A DNA stretch of 64,000 nucleotides, from the NCBI RefSeq assembly GCF_006345805.1, contig NW_021832391.1:1198-65197 (forward strand), in the 5' to 3' direction. The notes under the pieces were generated by a model. That model made no database searches, was not told the DNA's origin, and saw nothing but the letters and a program-made list of their open reading frames with translations. This document shows positions 52,570 to 64,000 of the stretch, one piece after another. Source of the DNA: Octopus sinensis. Taxonomy: Eukaryota. A program made the translations under genes and the position numbers. The first letter of the stretch is position 1. Each line of letters opens with the position of its first letter.

Positions 52570-54410
52570 CTTAGATATTTTTCGACCAAAGATTGGTCCA
52601 GGCCATGTCTAACTTAATTGCACCACCTGATAGGATTATTCGACTCCTGTTTAAGTCAAGTTTTGTTTAAGTCTAGTTTTGTTCAAGTAGTGAGTTCTTG
52701 TTGAGTGAGTTGTATCCAGTTTTGTTCAAGTAGTGAGTTCTTGTTGGGTGAGTTGTATCCAATTATGGGTGGCTTATCTGGTATTCTTTGAAGGAATCTA
52801 TCCAGACTCTGTTTGAAGTTGATGGGATCCTTTTCCTCTTTGATCTCTCTCGGGACAATGTTAAATAGGGCAGGGCCTGTTGAGGAAAAGAAATTATGTT
52901 GCAGTGTACATGTATGTTGTGATCTTGAATTGGGCAGGGGACGTATAGCCCGTGGTCCAAGTCTTGGATGAACCTTGAAGCTAATGTTTAGGTCGTTTGG
53001 GCATAGTTGGCGGTATATTTTCCACATCGTACAAATGATGTACCGCTCACGGCGACGCTGGAGGGAGTAAAGTTTCAAGGCTTTAAGGCGATCCCAATAA
53101 TTGAGAGCACGCCACGCCTTCAATTCGTTTAGTGAATGCCCTCTGGGGTGACTCAATTCTGGAAATGTTTTGCCTTTTGTGAGGAGACCACAGTGGGCAG
53201 CAGTATTCAAGGTGTGGCCGTACAAAGGAGGAAAAAAGTGGTATGATGACACCTTTTTCTCTGGACCGGAAAGTCCTTAAGATCCAGGAACTCATCCTAC
53301 GAGCTATATCGATCGACCTTCTTGTCGATGTGTGCACTCCAACTGAGATCGTCATCAACAATTACACCCAGGTCTCTGATATTGTTAGAGGCTGTGAGCG
53401 GTTCCCCTGAAGGAAGAGAGTATAGCTTTTTTAGTGAGGAGTTTCTTCCAAAATGCATCAGCTCAAATTTTCCCCTCGTTCAGTTGCATTTTGTTTCTGT
53501 CTGCCCATTGACTCACATCATATAGATCAGACTGGAGTTGAGTTCGGTCTGCTTCTTTGACGATTTGCTGGAGCTTGGTGTCATCAGCAAATATTTTCAC
53601 TTTGCAGTAATGTACGACACTGGAAAGGTCGTTTATGTAGATTATGAAGAGTAGCGGACCCAAGACAGTCCCCTGAGGGACACCGCTGGTGACTTTTGCT
53701 TGGCTTGAGTGGACTCCATCAACTACAACATGTTGTGTTTTATTCGCCAGGAAATACTTGATCTAGTGTAGAACTTTTCCACTGATTCCAACATTTGCCA
53801 ATTTTGAGAGTAGGATATTATGGTCGACCCTGTCGAACGCTTTACTGAAGTCAAGATATATGACATCAGAGTTCGAACCTGTTCCCAAGGCTTTGAGTAC
53901 ATCTTCAATGTGGTGTAAGAGCTATGTTAGACAGTCCCTGCCACAGCGAAAGCCATGTTGATTTGCATTTAGGAGTTTCTGGGTCTCCAGGAAGTCAGCC
54001 ATCCTTGATCTTAACACTCTTTCAAACACTTTGATGATGTGGGAGGTGAGTGAGATTGGGTGATAGTTGAGTGCGAGGGATCTGTTTCCCTGTTTGAAAA
54101 CCGGGATGACTGACTGGGATAGAAACTGTTTTGGTATATATTCTGCATCTAACGAATTTTTCCAGAGGTTGGTCAGAGGGACTGCAAGTTGAACTGTTCA
54201 GAGTTGCAGAACTGCAATTGAAATCACATTCCTTCAGGAGACTAGCGGGAAATCTATCAGGGCCTACAGCAGAGTAATGTTTGACCTCATTTATTGCTGC
54301 TACGATGTCGGTGGCAGTGAAGGTTATGTCTGCGATTTCGTGTTGGGAGTCAACTTCGTTTGCTTCTCTTACGTCAATATCAGTGGGAACACTAAAGACA
54401 GCAGTATTGT
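52570..54410 (-). mobile_element. CR1-group LINE, RT to 3' tail, frameshifted, related to 4915-8135
   Basis: GVPQGTVLGPLLFIIY, FADDTK, PHLEYCCPLWSP, LYSLQRRRERY; tail GTGCAATTAAGTTAGACATGGCC; 42-bp tandem duplication near 52677-52761. Confidence 0.9.
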
Positions 54411-54986
54411 TTCTGTAATATATATATAGAGAGAAACATGTATATACGTATAGATATTTATATATATGTATATGTGTGTATGTTTCGGTGTCCCCAAAAC
54501 CGCTTGAAACCAATGTCGGTGTTTTTTTACACTCCATTAACTTATCCGTTCGGGAAAAGAAGACCAATAGAATTAATACTAGACTGACGTAGATAAAAGT
54601 CCTAGTGTCGATTTGCTCTAGAAAAGCCTGTGCTCCAGCATTGGCACAGTGAAATGACTAAACAAGGACAAGAGTAAAAGTGTATGCGTTACGTCTGAAT
54701 ATTATATTGTAGAGTTAATTAGCTTCCATAATACATTTTGATAATAGTCGTAATGTAGTAAAATGTAAGGGAGGTAACTTTTGAAGATCTCCCTTTGTAG
54801 AGTTACTCCCCTTGCATATTATTAATTATTAAATTATAATATGCGAGGTAAGTAACTCTTCGAAGGAAGATAACTCCAAAATCTCCCTTACATCTAATTA
54901 AATTACTATTATTAAATTAGAATATTCAAGGGAAATAGGTACAAAATTTTCCAGAGTTACTTCCCTTACATGTAATTACATTACGA

Positions 54987-55120
54987 TTAGGGTTGGGTTA
55001 GGGTTAGGGGTTTAGTGTTAGGGTTAGGGTTGGTTAGGGATGGGGTTCGGGTTGTGGATAGGGTTAGGGTTAGAGTCAGGGTCGGGGTCGGGGTTAGGGC
55101 TAGGGTTTGGGTTGGGGTTA
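54987..55120 (+). repeat. Degenerate interstitial telomeric repeat (TTAGGG)n
   Basis: TTAGGG with TTGGG, TCGGG and TCAGGG variants. Confidence 0.8.
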
Positions 55121-55980
55121 GCCTCGTTCACACATCATGCGTCCATACAAACACGCCTCGTTCACACATCATGCGTCCATACAAACACGCCTCGTTCACA
55201 CATCATGCGTCCATACAAACACGCCTCGTTCACACATCATGCGTCCATAAAAACAAGCCTCGTTCACACAACATGCGTCCACACAAACAAGCCTCGTTCA
55301 CACATCATGCGTCCATACATACACGTCCCGTTCACACATCATGCGTCCACACAAACAAGCCTCGTTCACACAACATGCGTCCATTCAAACGAGCCTCGTT
55401 CACACATCATGCTTTCATTCAAACGAGCCTCGTTCACACATCATGCGTTCATTCAAACGAGCCTCGTTCACACATCATGCGTCCATACAAACAAGCCTCG
55501 TTCACCCGTCATGCGTCCATACAAACAAGCCTCGTTCACCCGTCATGCGTCCATACAAACAGCCTCGTTCACCCATCATGCGTCCATACAAACAAGCCTC
55601 GTTCACCCATCATGCGTCCATACAAACATGCCTCGTTCACACATCATGCGTCCATACGCACATGCCTCGTTCATACATCATGCGTCCAAACAAACAAGCC
55701 TCTTCACCCATCATGCGTCCATACGCACATGCCTCGTTCATACATCATGCGTCCATACAAACAAGCCTCTTTCACACATCATGCGTCCATACAAACAAGC
55801 CACGTTCACACATCATGCGTCCACTAATACACGCCTCGTTCACACATCATGCGTCCAAACAACCAAGCCTCGTTCACACATCATGCGTCCAAACAACCAA
55901 GCCTCGTTCACACATCATGCGTCCATACACACAAGCCTCGTCCACACATCACGCGTCCATACATCATGCGTCCATACATA
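55121..55980 (+). repeat. 34-bp minisatellite, ~25 copies
   Basis: GCCTCGTTCACACATCATGCGTCCATACAAACAC at 55121, 55155, 55189 and onward. Confidence 0.97.
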
Positions 55981-55991
55981 TATATTCATAC

Positions 55992-58900
55992 ATTCAGGGA
56001 CATGTAATTCAGGGACAGGTAATTCAGGGGCAGGTAATTCAGGGGCAGGTAATTCAGGGGCATGTAATTCAGGGGAAGGTAATTCAAGGCAGGTAATCCA
56101 GGCGCAGGTAATTCAGAGGAATTAATTCAGGGGCAGGTAATCCAGGTGCATGTATTTCAGGGACATGTAACTCAGGGGCAGGTAATTCAGGGGCATGTAA
56201 TTAAGGGGCAGGTAACTCGGAGGAATGTAATTCAGGGGCAGGTAATTCAGGGACACGTAATTCAGGGTCAGGTTATTCAGGTGTAGGTAATCCAGGGTTA
56301 AGTAATTAAGGGGCATGTAATTCAGGGGCATGTAATTCAGAGGCAGGTAATTGAGGGGCATGTAATTCAGGGGCAGGTAATTCAGGGGCATGTAATTCAG
56401 GGGCATGTAATTCAGGGTATGTAATTCAGGGGTAGGTAATTCAGGGGCATGTAATTTAGGGGAAGGTATCCAGGGCAGGTAATTCAGGGGTAATTCAGGG
56501 ACAGGTAATTTATAGGAATGTCATTCATGGGCAGGTAATTCAGGGGCTTGTAATTCAGGGTTAGGTAATCCAGGGTATGTAATTCAGGGGCAATCAATTC
56601 AGATGAAAGGTAATTCAGGGGCAGGTAATCTAGGTGCAGGTAATTCAGGGACATGTCATTCACGGGCAGGTAATTCAGGGGCTGGTAATTTAGGGATAGA
56701 TAATTCAGAGGCATGTCATTCAGGGGCAGGTCATTCAGGTGCATGTAATTAAGAGGCATGTAATTGAGGGCCATGTAATTCAGGTGTTTGCAATTCAGGG
56801 GCAGGTAATTCAGATGCATGTAATTTAGGGGCAGGTACTTCAGGGGTATGTAATTCAGGTGTATGTTATTGAGGGGCAGGTAATTCAGGGGCAGGTAATC
56901 CAGGGGCATGTAATTAAAGGGCAGGTAATTGAGGGGCATGTCATTCAGGGGCATGTAATTTAGGGGCAGGTAATTCACGGGCATGTAATTCAGGTGTATG
57001 TAATTCGTGGGCAGGTAATTCATTGGCATGTAATTTAGGGGCAGGTAATTCACGGGCATGTAATTCAGGGGCAGGTAATTCAGGTGCAGGTTATTCAGGG
57101 ACTCAGGGGCAGATAATTCAGGGGCATGTAATTCAGGGGCATGTAATTCATGGGCAGGTAATTCAGGGGCATGTAATTCAGGGGCATGTCATTCAGGGAA
57201 GGTAATTCAGGGAAAGTAATTCAGGGGCATGTAATTCATGGGCGGGTAATTGAGGGGAAGGTAATCCAGGTGCAGGTGATTTAGAGGAATGTCATTCATT
57301 GGCAGGTAATCCAGGGGCAGGTAATTCAGAGGAATGTAATTCAGGGGCATGTAATTCAGGGGTAATTCAGGGACAGGTAATTTATAGGAATGTCATTCAT
57401 GGGCATGTAATTCAGGGGCAGGTAATTCAGAGGTATGTAATTCAGATGAAAGGTAATTCAGGGGCAGGTAATCTAGATGCAGGTATTTCAGGGGCATGTC
57501 ATCCACGGGCAGGTAATTCAGGGATATTTAATTCAGAGGCATGTCATTCAGGGGCAGGTCATTCATGTGCATGTAATTAAGAGGCATGTAATTGAGGGGC
57601 AGGTAATTCAGGGCCATGTAATTCAGGTGTTTGTAATTCAGGGTCAGGTTATTCAGGTGTAGATTATTCAGGGGCAGGTAATCCAGGGTTAAGTAATTAA
57701 GGGGTATGTAATTAAGAGCAAGGTAATTCAGAGGCAGGTAATTGAGGGGCATGTAATTAAGGGGCATGTAATTGAGGTGCAGGTAATTGAGGGGCATGTA
57801 ATTGAGGTGCAGGTAATTGAGGGGCATGTAATTCAGGTGTATGTAATTCAGGGGCATGTAATTCAGGAAAGGTAATTTAGAGGATTGTCATTCAGGGGCA
57901 GGTAATTCAGGGTTAGGTAATCCAGGGGCATGTAATTCAGGGGAAGGTAATCCAGGGGCAGGTAATTCAGGGGTAATTCAGGGACAGGTAATTTAGAGGA
58001 ATGTCATTCATGGGCAGGTAATTCAGGGGCATGTAATTCAGGGGCTTGTAATTCAGAGGAAAGGTTATTCAGGGACATGTAATTCAGGGGCAGGTAATCT
58101 AGGTGCAGGTAATTCAGGGGTATGTAATTTAGGGATAGATAATTCAGAGGCATGTCATTCAGGTGCATGTAATTAAGAGGCATGTAATTGAGGGGCAGGT
58201 AATTCAGGGCCATGTAATTCAGGGTCAGGTTATTCAGGGGCAGGTAATCCAGGGTTAAGTAATTAAGGGGCATGTAATTCAGGTGCATGGTAATTGAGGT
58301 GCAGGTAATTGATGGGCATGTAATTCAGGTGTATGTAATTCAGTGGTAGGTAATTCAGGGGCATGTAATTCAGGGGTAATTTAGAGGATTGTCATTCAGG
58401 GGCAGGTAATTCAGAGTTAGGTAATCCAGAGGCATGTAATTCAGGGGAAGGTAATCCAGGGGCAGGTAATTCAGGGGTAATACAGGGACAGGTAATTTAG
58501 AGGAATGTAATTCAGGGGCAGGTAATTCAGGGGCATGTAATTCAGGGGCAGGTAATTCAGGGGCTTCTAATTCAGAGAAAAGGTTATTCAGGGGCATGTA
58601 ATTTAGGGGCAGGTAATCTAGGTGCAGGTAATTCAGGGGCAGGTAAACCAGCGGCAAGTAATTAAGGGGCAGGTAGTTCAGGGGCATGTAATTAAGAGGC
58701 ATGTAATTGAGGGGCAGGTAGTTCAGGGCCATGTAATTCAGGTATTTACAATGTTATTTAGGGGCAGGTAATTCAGGGGCAGGTACTTCAGGGGCAGGTA
58801 ATTCAGGGGCAGGTAAACCAGCGGCATGTAATTAAGGGGCAGGTAGTTCAGGGGCACGTAGTTCATGGGCAGGTAATTGAGGGGCATGTAATTTTGGGGC

Positions 58901-61548
58901 AGGTAATTCACGGGCATGTAATTCAGGTATATGTAATTCATGGGCAGGTAATTCAGGTGCATGTTAATCAGGGACTCAGGGGCATGTAATTCAGGGGCAG
59001 GTACTTCAGGTGTATGTAATTCAGGGGCATGTAATTCAGGTACATGTAATTCAGGTGCATGTAATTCATGGGCAGGTAATTGAGGGGTATGTCATTCAGG
59101 GAAGGTAATTCAGGGGCATGTAATTCAGGGGCATGTAATTCGGGCATGTAATTCAGGGCCGGGTAATTGAGGGGAAAGTAATCCAGGTGCAGGTGATTTA
59201 GAGTAATGTCATTCATTTGCAGGTAATTCAGGGGCAGGTATTCAGAGGAATGTAATTCAAAGGAAGGTAATTCAGGGACAGTTAATTTATAGGAATGTCA
59301 TTCATGGGCATGTAATTCAGGGGCAGGTAATTCAGGGGTATGTAATTCAGGGGCATGTAATTCAGATGAAAGGTAATTCAGGGGCATGTAATTTAGGTGC
59401 AGGTATTTCAGGGGCATGTCATTCACGGGCAGGTAATTTAGGGATAGATAATTCAGAGGCATGTCATTGAGGGGCAGGTCATTCAGGTGCATGTAATTAA
59501 GAGGCATGTAATTGAGGGGCAGGTAATTCAGGTGTTTGTAATTCACGGGCAGGCAATTCAGATGCATGTAATTTAGGGGCAGGTAATTCACGGGCATGTA
59601 ATTCAGGTGTATGTAATTCATGGGCAGGTAATTGAGGGGCAGGCAATTCAGGGGCATGTAATTTAGGGGCAGGTAATTCACGGGCAGGTAATTCACGGGT
59701 ATGTAATTCAGGTGAGGTAATTCAGGTGCAGGTTATTCAGGGACAGGTAATTTATAGGAATGTCATTCAGGGGCAGGTAATTCAGGGGCAGGTAATTCAG
59801 GGGCAGGTAATTCAGGGGTAGGTAATCCAGGGGCATGTAATTCAGGGGTATGTAATTCAGGGGCATGTAATTCAGATGAAAGGTAATTCAGGGGCAGGTA
59901 ATCTAGATGCAGGTATTTCAGGGGCATGTCATTCACGGGCAGGTAATTTAGGGATAGATAATTCAGAGGCATGTCATTCAGGGGCAGGTCATTCAGTTGC
60001 ATGTAATTAAGAGGCATGTAATTGAGTGGCAGGTAATTCAGGCCATGTAATTCAGGTGTTTGTAATTCAGAGCAAGGTAATTCAGAGGCAGGTAATTGAG
60101 GGGCATGTAATTCAGGGGCAGGTAATTCAGGTGCAGTTAATTCAGGGGCATGTAATTCAGGTGCATGTAATTCAGGGGCATGTAATTGAGGTGCAGGTAA
60201 TTGATGGGCATGTAATTCAGGTGTATGTAATTCAGGTGTGTGTAATTCATGGGTGGGTAATTCAGAGGAATGTAATTCAGGGGTAATTCAGGGAAGGTAA
60301 TTTAGAGGATTGTCATTTAGGGTTAGGTAATCCAGTGGCATGTAATTCAGGGGCTTGTAATACAGAGGAAAGGTTATTCAGGGGCATGTAATTCAGGGGC
60401 AGGTAATCTAGGTGCAGGTAATTCAGGGGCTGGTAATTTAGGGATAGATAATTCAGAGGCATGTCATTCAGGGGCATGTAATTCAGAGCAAGGTAATTCA
60501 GAGGCAGGTAATTGAGGGGCATGTAATTCAGGGGCAGGTAATTCAGGTTCAGGTAATTCAGGGGCATGTCATTCACGGGCAGGTAATTCATGGGCAGGTA
60601 ATTTAGGGATAGATAATTCAGGGTCAGGTCATTCAGGTGCATGTAATTAAGAGGCATGTAATTCAGGGGCAGGTACTTCAGGGGTATGTAATTTAGGGGC
60701 AGGTAATTCAGGTGTATGTTATTCAGGGGCATGTAATTCAGGGGCAGTTAATCCAGGGGCATGTCATTCACGGGCAGGTAATTCCGGGGCAGGTAATTTA
60801 GGGATGGTTAATTGAGGGGCATATCATTCAGGGTCAGGTCATTCATGTGCATGTAATTAAGAGGCATGTAATTGAGGGGCAGGTAATTCAGGGGCATCTA
60901 ATTCAGGTGTTTGTAATTCAGGGACAGGTAATTCAGATGCATGTAATTTAGGGCCAGTAATTCAGGGGTATGTAATTCAGGGGCAGGTAATTCAGGGGCA
61001 TATAATTCAGGGGCATGTAATTCAGGGGCAGGTAATTCAGGTGTATGTAATTCAGGGTCAGGTAATTTAGAGGAATGTCATTCATTGGCAGATAATTCAG
61101 GGACATGTAATTCAGGGGAAGGTAATTGAGGGGCAGGTAATTCAGGTGCATGTAATTCAGGGACATGTAACTCAGGGGCAGGTAATTCAAGGGCAGGTAA
61201 TACAGGGGCATGTAAATCAGGGCCATGTAATTCGGGGCCATGTAATTAAGGAGCAGGTAATTGAGGGGCAGTTAATTCAGGGGCAGGAAATTCAGGGGCA
61301 TGTAATTCATGGGCAAGGTAATCCAGGGGCAGGTAATGCAGCGGTTGGTAATTTAGAGGAATGTCATTCAGGGACATGTAATTCAGGGGAAGGTAATTGA
61401 GGGGCAGGTAATTCAAGTGCATGTAATTCAGGGACATGTAACTCAGGTGCAGGTAATTATAGGGCAGGCAATACAGGGTCATGTAATTCAGGGCCATGTA
61501 ATTAAGGGGCAGGAAATTCAGGTGCATGTAATTCAGGGCCACGTAATT
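55992..61548 (+). repeat. 15-bp satellite, ~5.5 kb
   Basis: (G/T)GTAATTCAGGGGCA units, diverged, with recurring variant blocks. Confidence 0.97.
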
Positions 61549-61549
61549 A

Positions 61550-62140
61550 CCTCCCTTAAGTATGTAGTTATCGTAATATACGCTTTGTCGCTCTGAGACT
61601 CTTTCTGTTATTTCACTGCGACCATGGTGGAGCACCGCCTTTAGTGAAGCAAATCAACCCCAGCAATTATTCTTTGTATGCCTATTACTTAATGTATAGG
61701 TCTCTTTTGCAGAACCGATAAGTTACGGGGACGTAATGTTCGATATACTTATTTAGTAGGTATTTATTTATTGTAAGAATTTCAATTATCATAAATTATG
61801 GGCTAGGAAAAATACTAGAAACTTTATTGATAGACCTATTGCGGCTCCTTGTGTGTGTGGGACTGTTTTTATTTATGTGAGTGTGGGTATTTTCATTTCA
61901 GTGTTTGTGTGTGAGAGTGTGTTTATTTCTGTGTGCGCGAGTGTGTGGGCGACTGAGTGTTTCTATTTGTTTATGTGTGTGCGACACTTACAACTACAAC
62001 AAACACTTTGACCATTTGTAAGATACCCACATTTGAGATCACTAAATACTAAATCAAAATAAGTCAATTTATTGCACCTTTATATATATACACACACACA
62101 CATGTATGTGTTTGTGTATTTATATGTCGTATATAGCGTC

Positions 62141-62184
<44 letters not shown>

Positions 62185-62360
62185 GATTATACATATACAT
62201 CCAGATATACGTGAATATACCAACACACGTATATGTAGTATCTAAAACAAAAAAGAAACTGTAAGGGATGGAATGGGAGTTCATTCCGTTTTATTAAGAA
62301 AACTTGCATCTGTATGTGTGATAGTACGTGCGTGCATTCTCGTGTGCCCTTCGAGTGCGA

Positions 62361-62394
<34 letters not shown>

Positions 62395-63252
62395 TTAAAC
62401 ATATATACGACGAGATTCTATCAGTTTCCTTCCACTAAATCCCATCACAAGGATTAGCTAGGCCCTGGGCTACAATAGTAGAAAATTGCAGAAGATGACA
62501 GGCAGTGGGAATGAACCCGAAACCATGTGGTTCGTAAGCAAACTACTTACAACAGCCATTCCTACGTCGATATTCATATATACGACGGCTTCTTTCAGTT
62601 TCCCTCTACCAACTCCACTCAGAATACATTGGTCGGCCCTAGGCTATAGTCGAATACACTTGCCGAAAGTGCAACGCTGTTGGTTTGAACTCAGCACTTG
62701 CGGTTCGTGAGCAATCATTCTCACAGAAATGCCGCACACAACAGACACAGAATGTCGCGGTTTAAAGGTCAACATGTTTAAAACATAAATACCTACGAGT
62801 TTGCGTATATGCATGTATCTATGTGCCTGGGTGCGGACGTGTGTTTCCAGAATGTCGCAGTTTTAAGGTCAACATATTTGAAACATAAATAGGTACGAGA
62901 TTGCGTCTTTGCATGTATCTATATTCGTGGGTGCGGACGTGTGAGTGTTTGTGCGTGTATGAGCACAGTCCACCTATACCCAAGCTGGTTGCATCGTCTC
63001 ATAAGAACCAGCCGTGAAAGTTCCGGACCACATTAATGAACTCATTTGCATACAAACAATTAGGTCTCGCCTTGAACTTGTCCGGTTAACAAACAGTAGT
63101 GTCTGAATGGGAATTAGCTTGCTTACCTAACAAATGTTTTCGAGTTCAGTCCCACTGGGTGGCATGTTGGGCAAATGTCTTCTGCTATAGTCTCGGGCCG
63201 ACCAAAGCCTTGTGAGTGGATTTGGGAGGCGGAAACTAAAACAAGACTGTCG

Positions 63253-63298
<46 letters not shown>

Positions 63299-63471
63299 GC
63301 AGTAAGAGTGGCTACGTAGCTTGCTTTCCAAACACGGTGTTTCTGGTTCTGTCCAACTACGTGGCCCCATGGGCAAGTTTCTTCCAATATAGCCTCGGAC
63401 AGACCAACGTTTCTGAGTAGATTTGGTACACCGAAACAGAAAGTAGCCCGTGGTATATAGATAGGTGTGTG

Positions 63472-63546
<75 letters not shown>

Positions 63547-64000
63547 CATAGGTATAATAACAGATATATGTATATACGTATAGATGTTTAAACATATATG
63601 GGATGGCCATAATGGGACATCCGACTCACTAGAGAGAGCAGTTTAACTCCAAAAAATCGTAAAATCTATGTCATGTCTGAATAATATACGAAAGTTACTT
63701 CCTCTTGCTCATTATAATTTATTAAAAAATATAAATATATGTAAGGAAAGTAACTCTGGAAAGTAATCTAGTGATCTCCCTTCGAGAGTTAATTTCCCCG
63801 CATATATTTTTATTGTCAATTATAATATTCAAGGGAAGTAACTGTAGAAGATACTTTGTAGTTATCCCTCCCTTAAGTATGTAGTTATCGTAATATACGC
63901 TTTGTCGCTCTTAGACTCTTTCAGTTATTTCACTGTGTCCATGGTGGGCACCGCCTAGTGAAGCAAATCAACCCCAGCAATTATTCTTTGTATGCCTATT
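61550..64000. repeat. ~2.3-kb composite unit in tandem; second copy starts near 63867 and is cut by the window edge
   Basis: CCTCCCTTAAGTATGTAGTTATCGTAATATACGC at 61550 and 63867, with continuing identity. Confidence 0.85.

Noticed and set aside
55121-55980. CRISPR-like regular 34-bp repeats
   Set aside because: No unique spacers, no cas genes, eukaryotic context; a plain minisatellite
56122-61635. Many ORFs encoding NYMPL / VIQGQ pentapeptide repeats
   Set aside because: Automatic result of a 15-bp satellite; frequent stops and frameshifts, no unique domain or splice evidence

Overview
AT-rich eukaryotic DNA that is almost entirely repeats. The SINE, RTE and CR1 families and the long (TA)n tracts look like an octopus or other cephalopod genome, which I infer from repeat style and have not confirmed by search. 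I can support no host protein-coding gene. Nearly all listed ORFs are microsatellite or satellite read-through, or retroelement fragments. Elements present: CR1-group LINEs (one with a near-complete ORF2), an RTE LINE, a near-complete HERO-clade RLE retrotransposon nested cleanly inside a Penelope-like element (PLE), Gypsy remnants, Tc1 and mariner fossils, non-autonomous Helitrons and many tRNA/CORE-type SINEs. The right end runs degenerate (TTAGGG)n, then a 34-bp minisatellite, then a 5.5-kb 15-bp satellite, then a 2.3-kb tandem mosaic unit. The most interesting signal is four unrelated families of minimal type I hammerhead-ribozyme folds in PLE-type termini. One has a canonical CUGAUGA core inside a 478-bp tandem unit; another family carries a G3:C8 swap of the conserved C3:G8 pair. 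The 15-bp satellite also appears to derive from a dispersed GGGAAGTAACTC motif. Caveats: many single-base indels suggest a noisy assembly, repeat boundaries are approximate, and all folds were read by eye.
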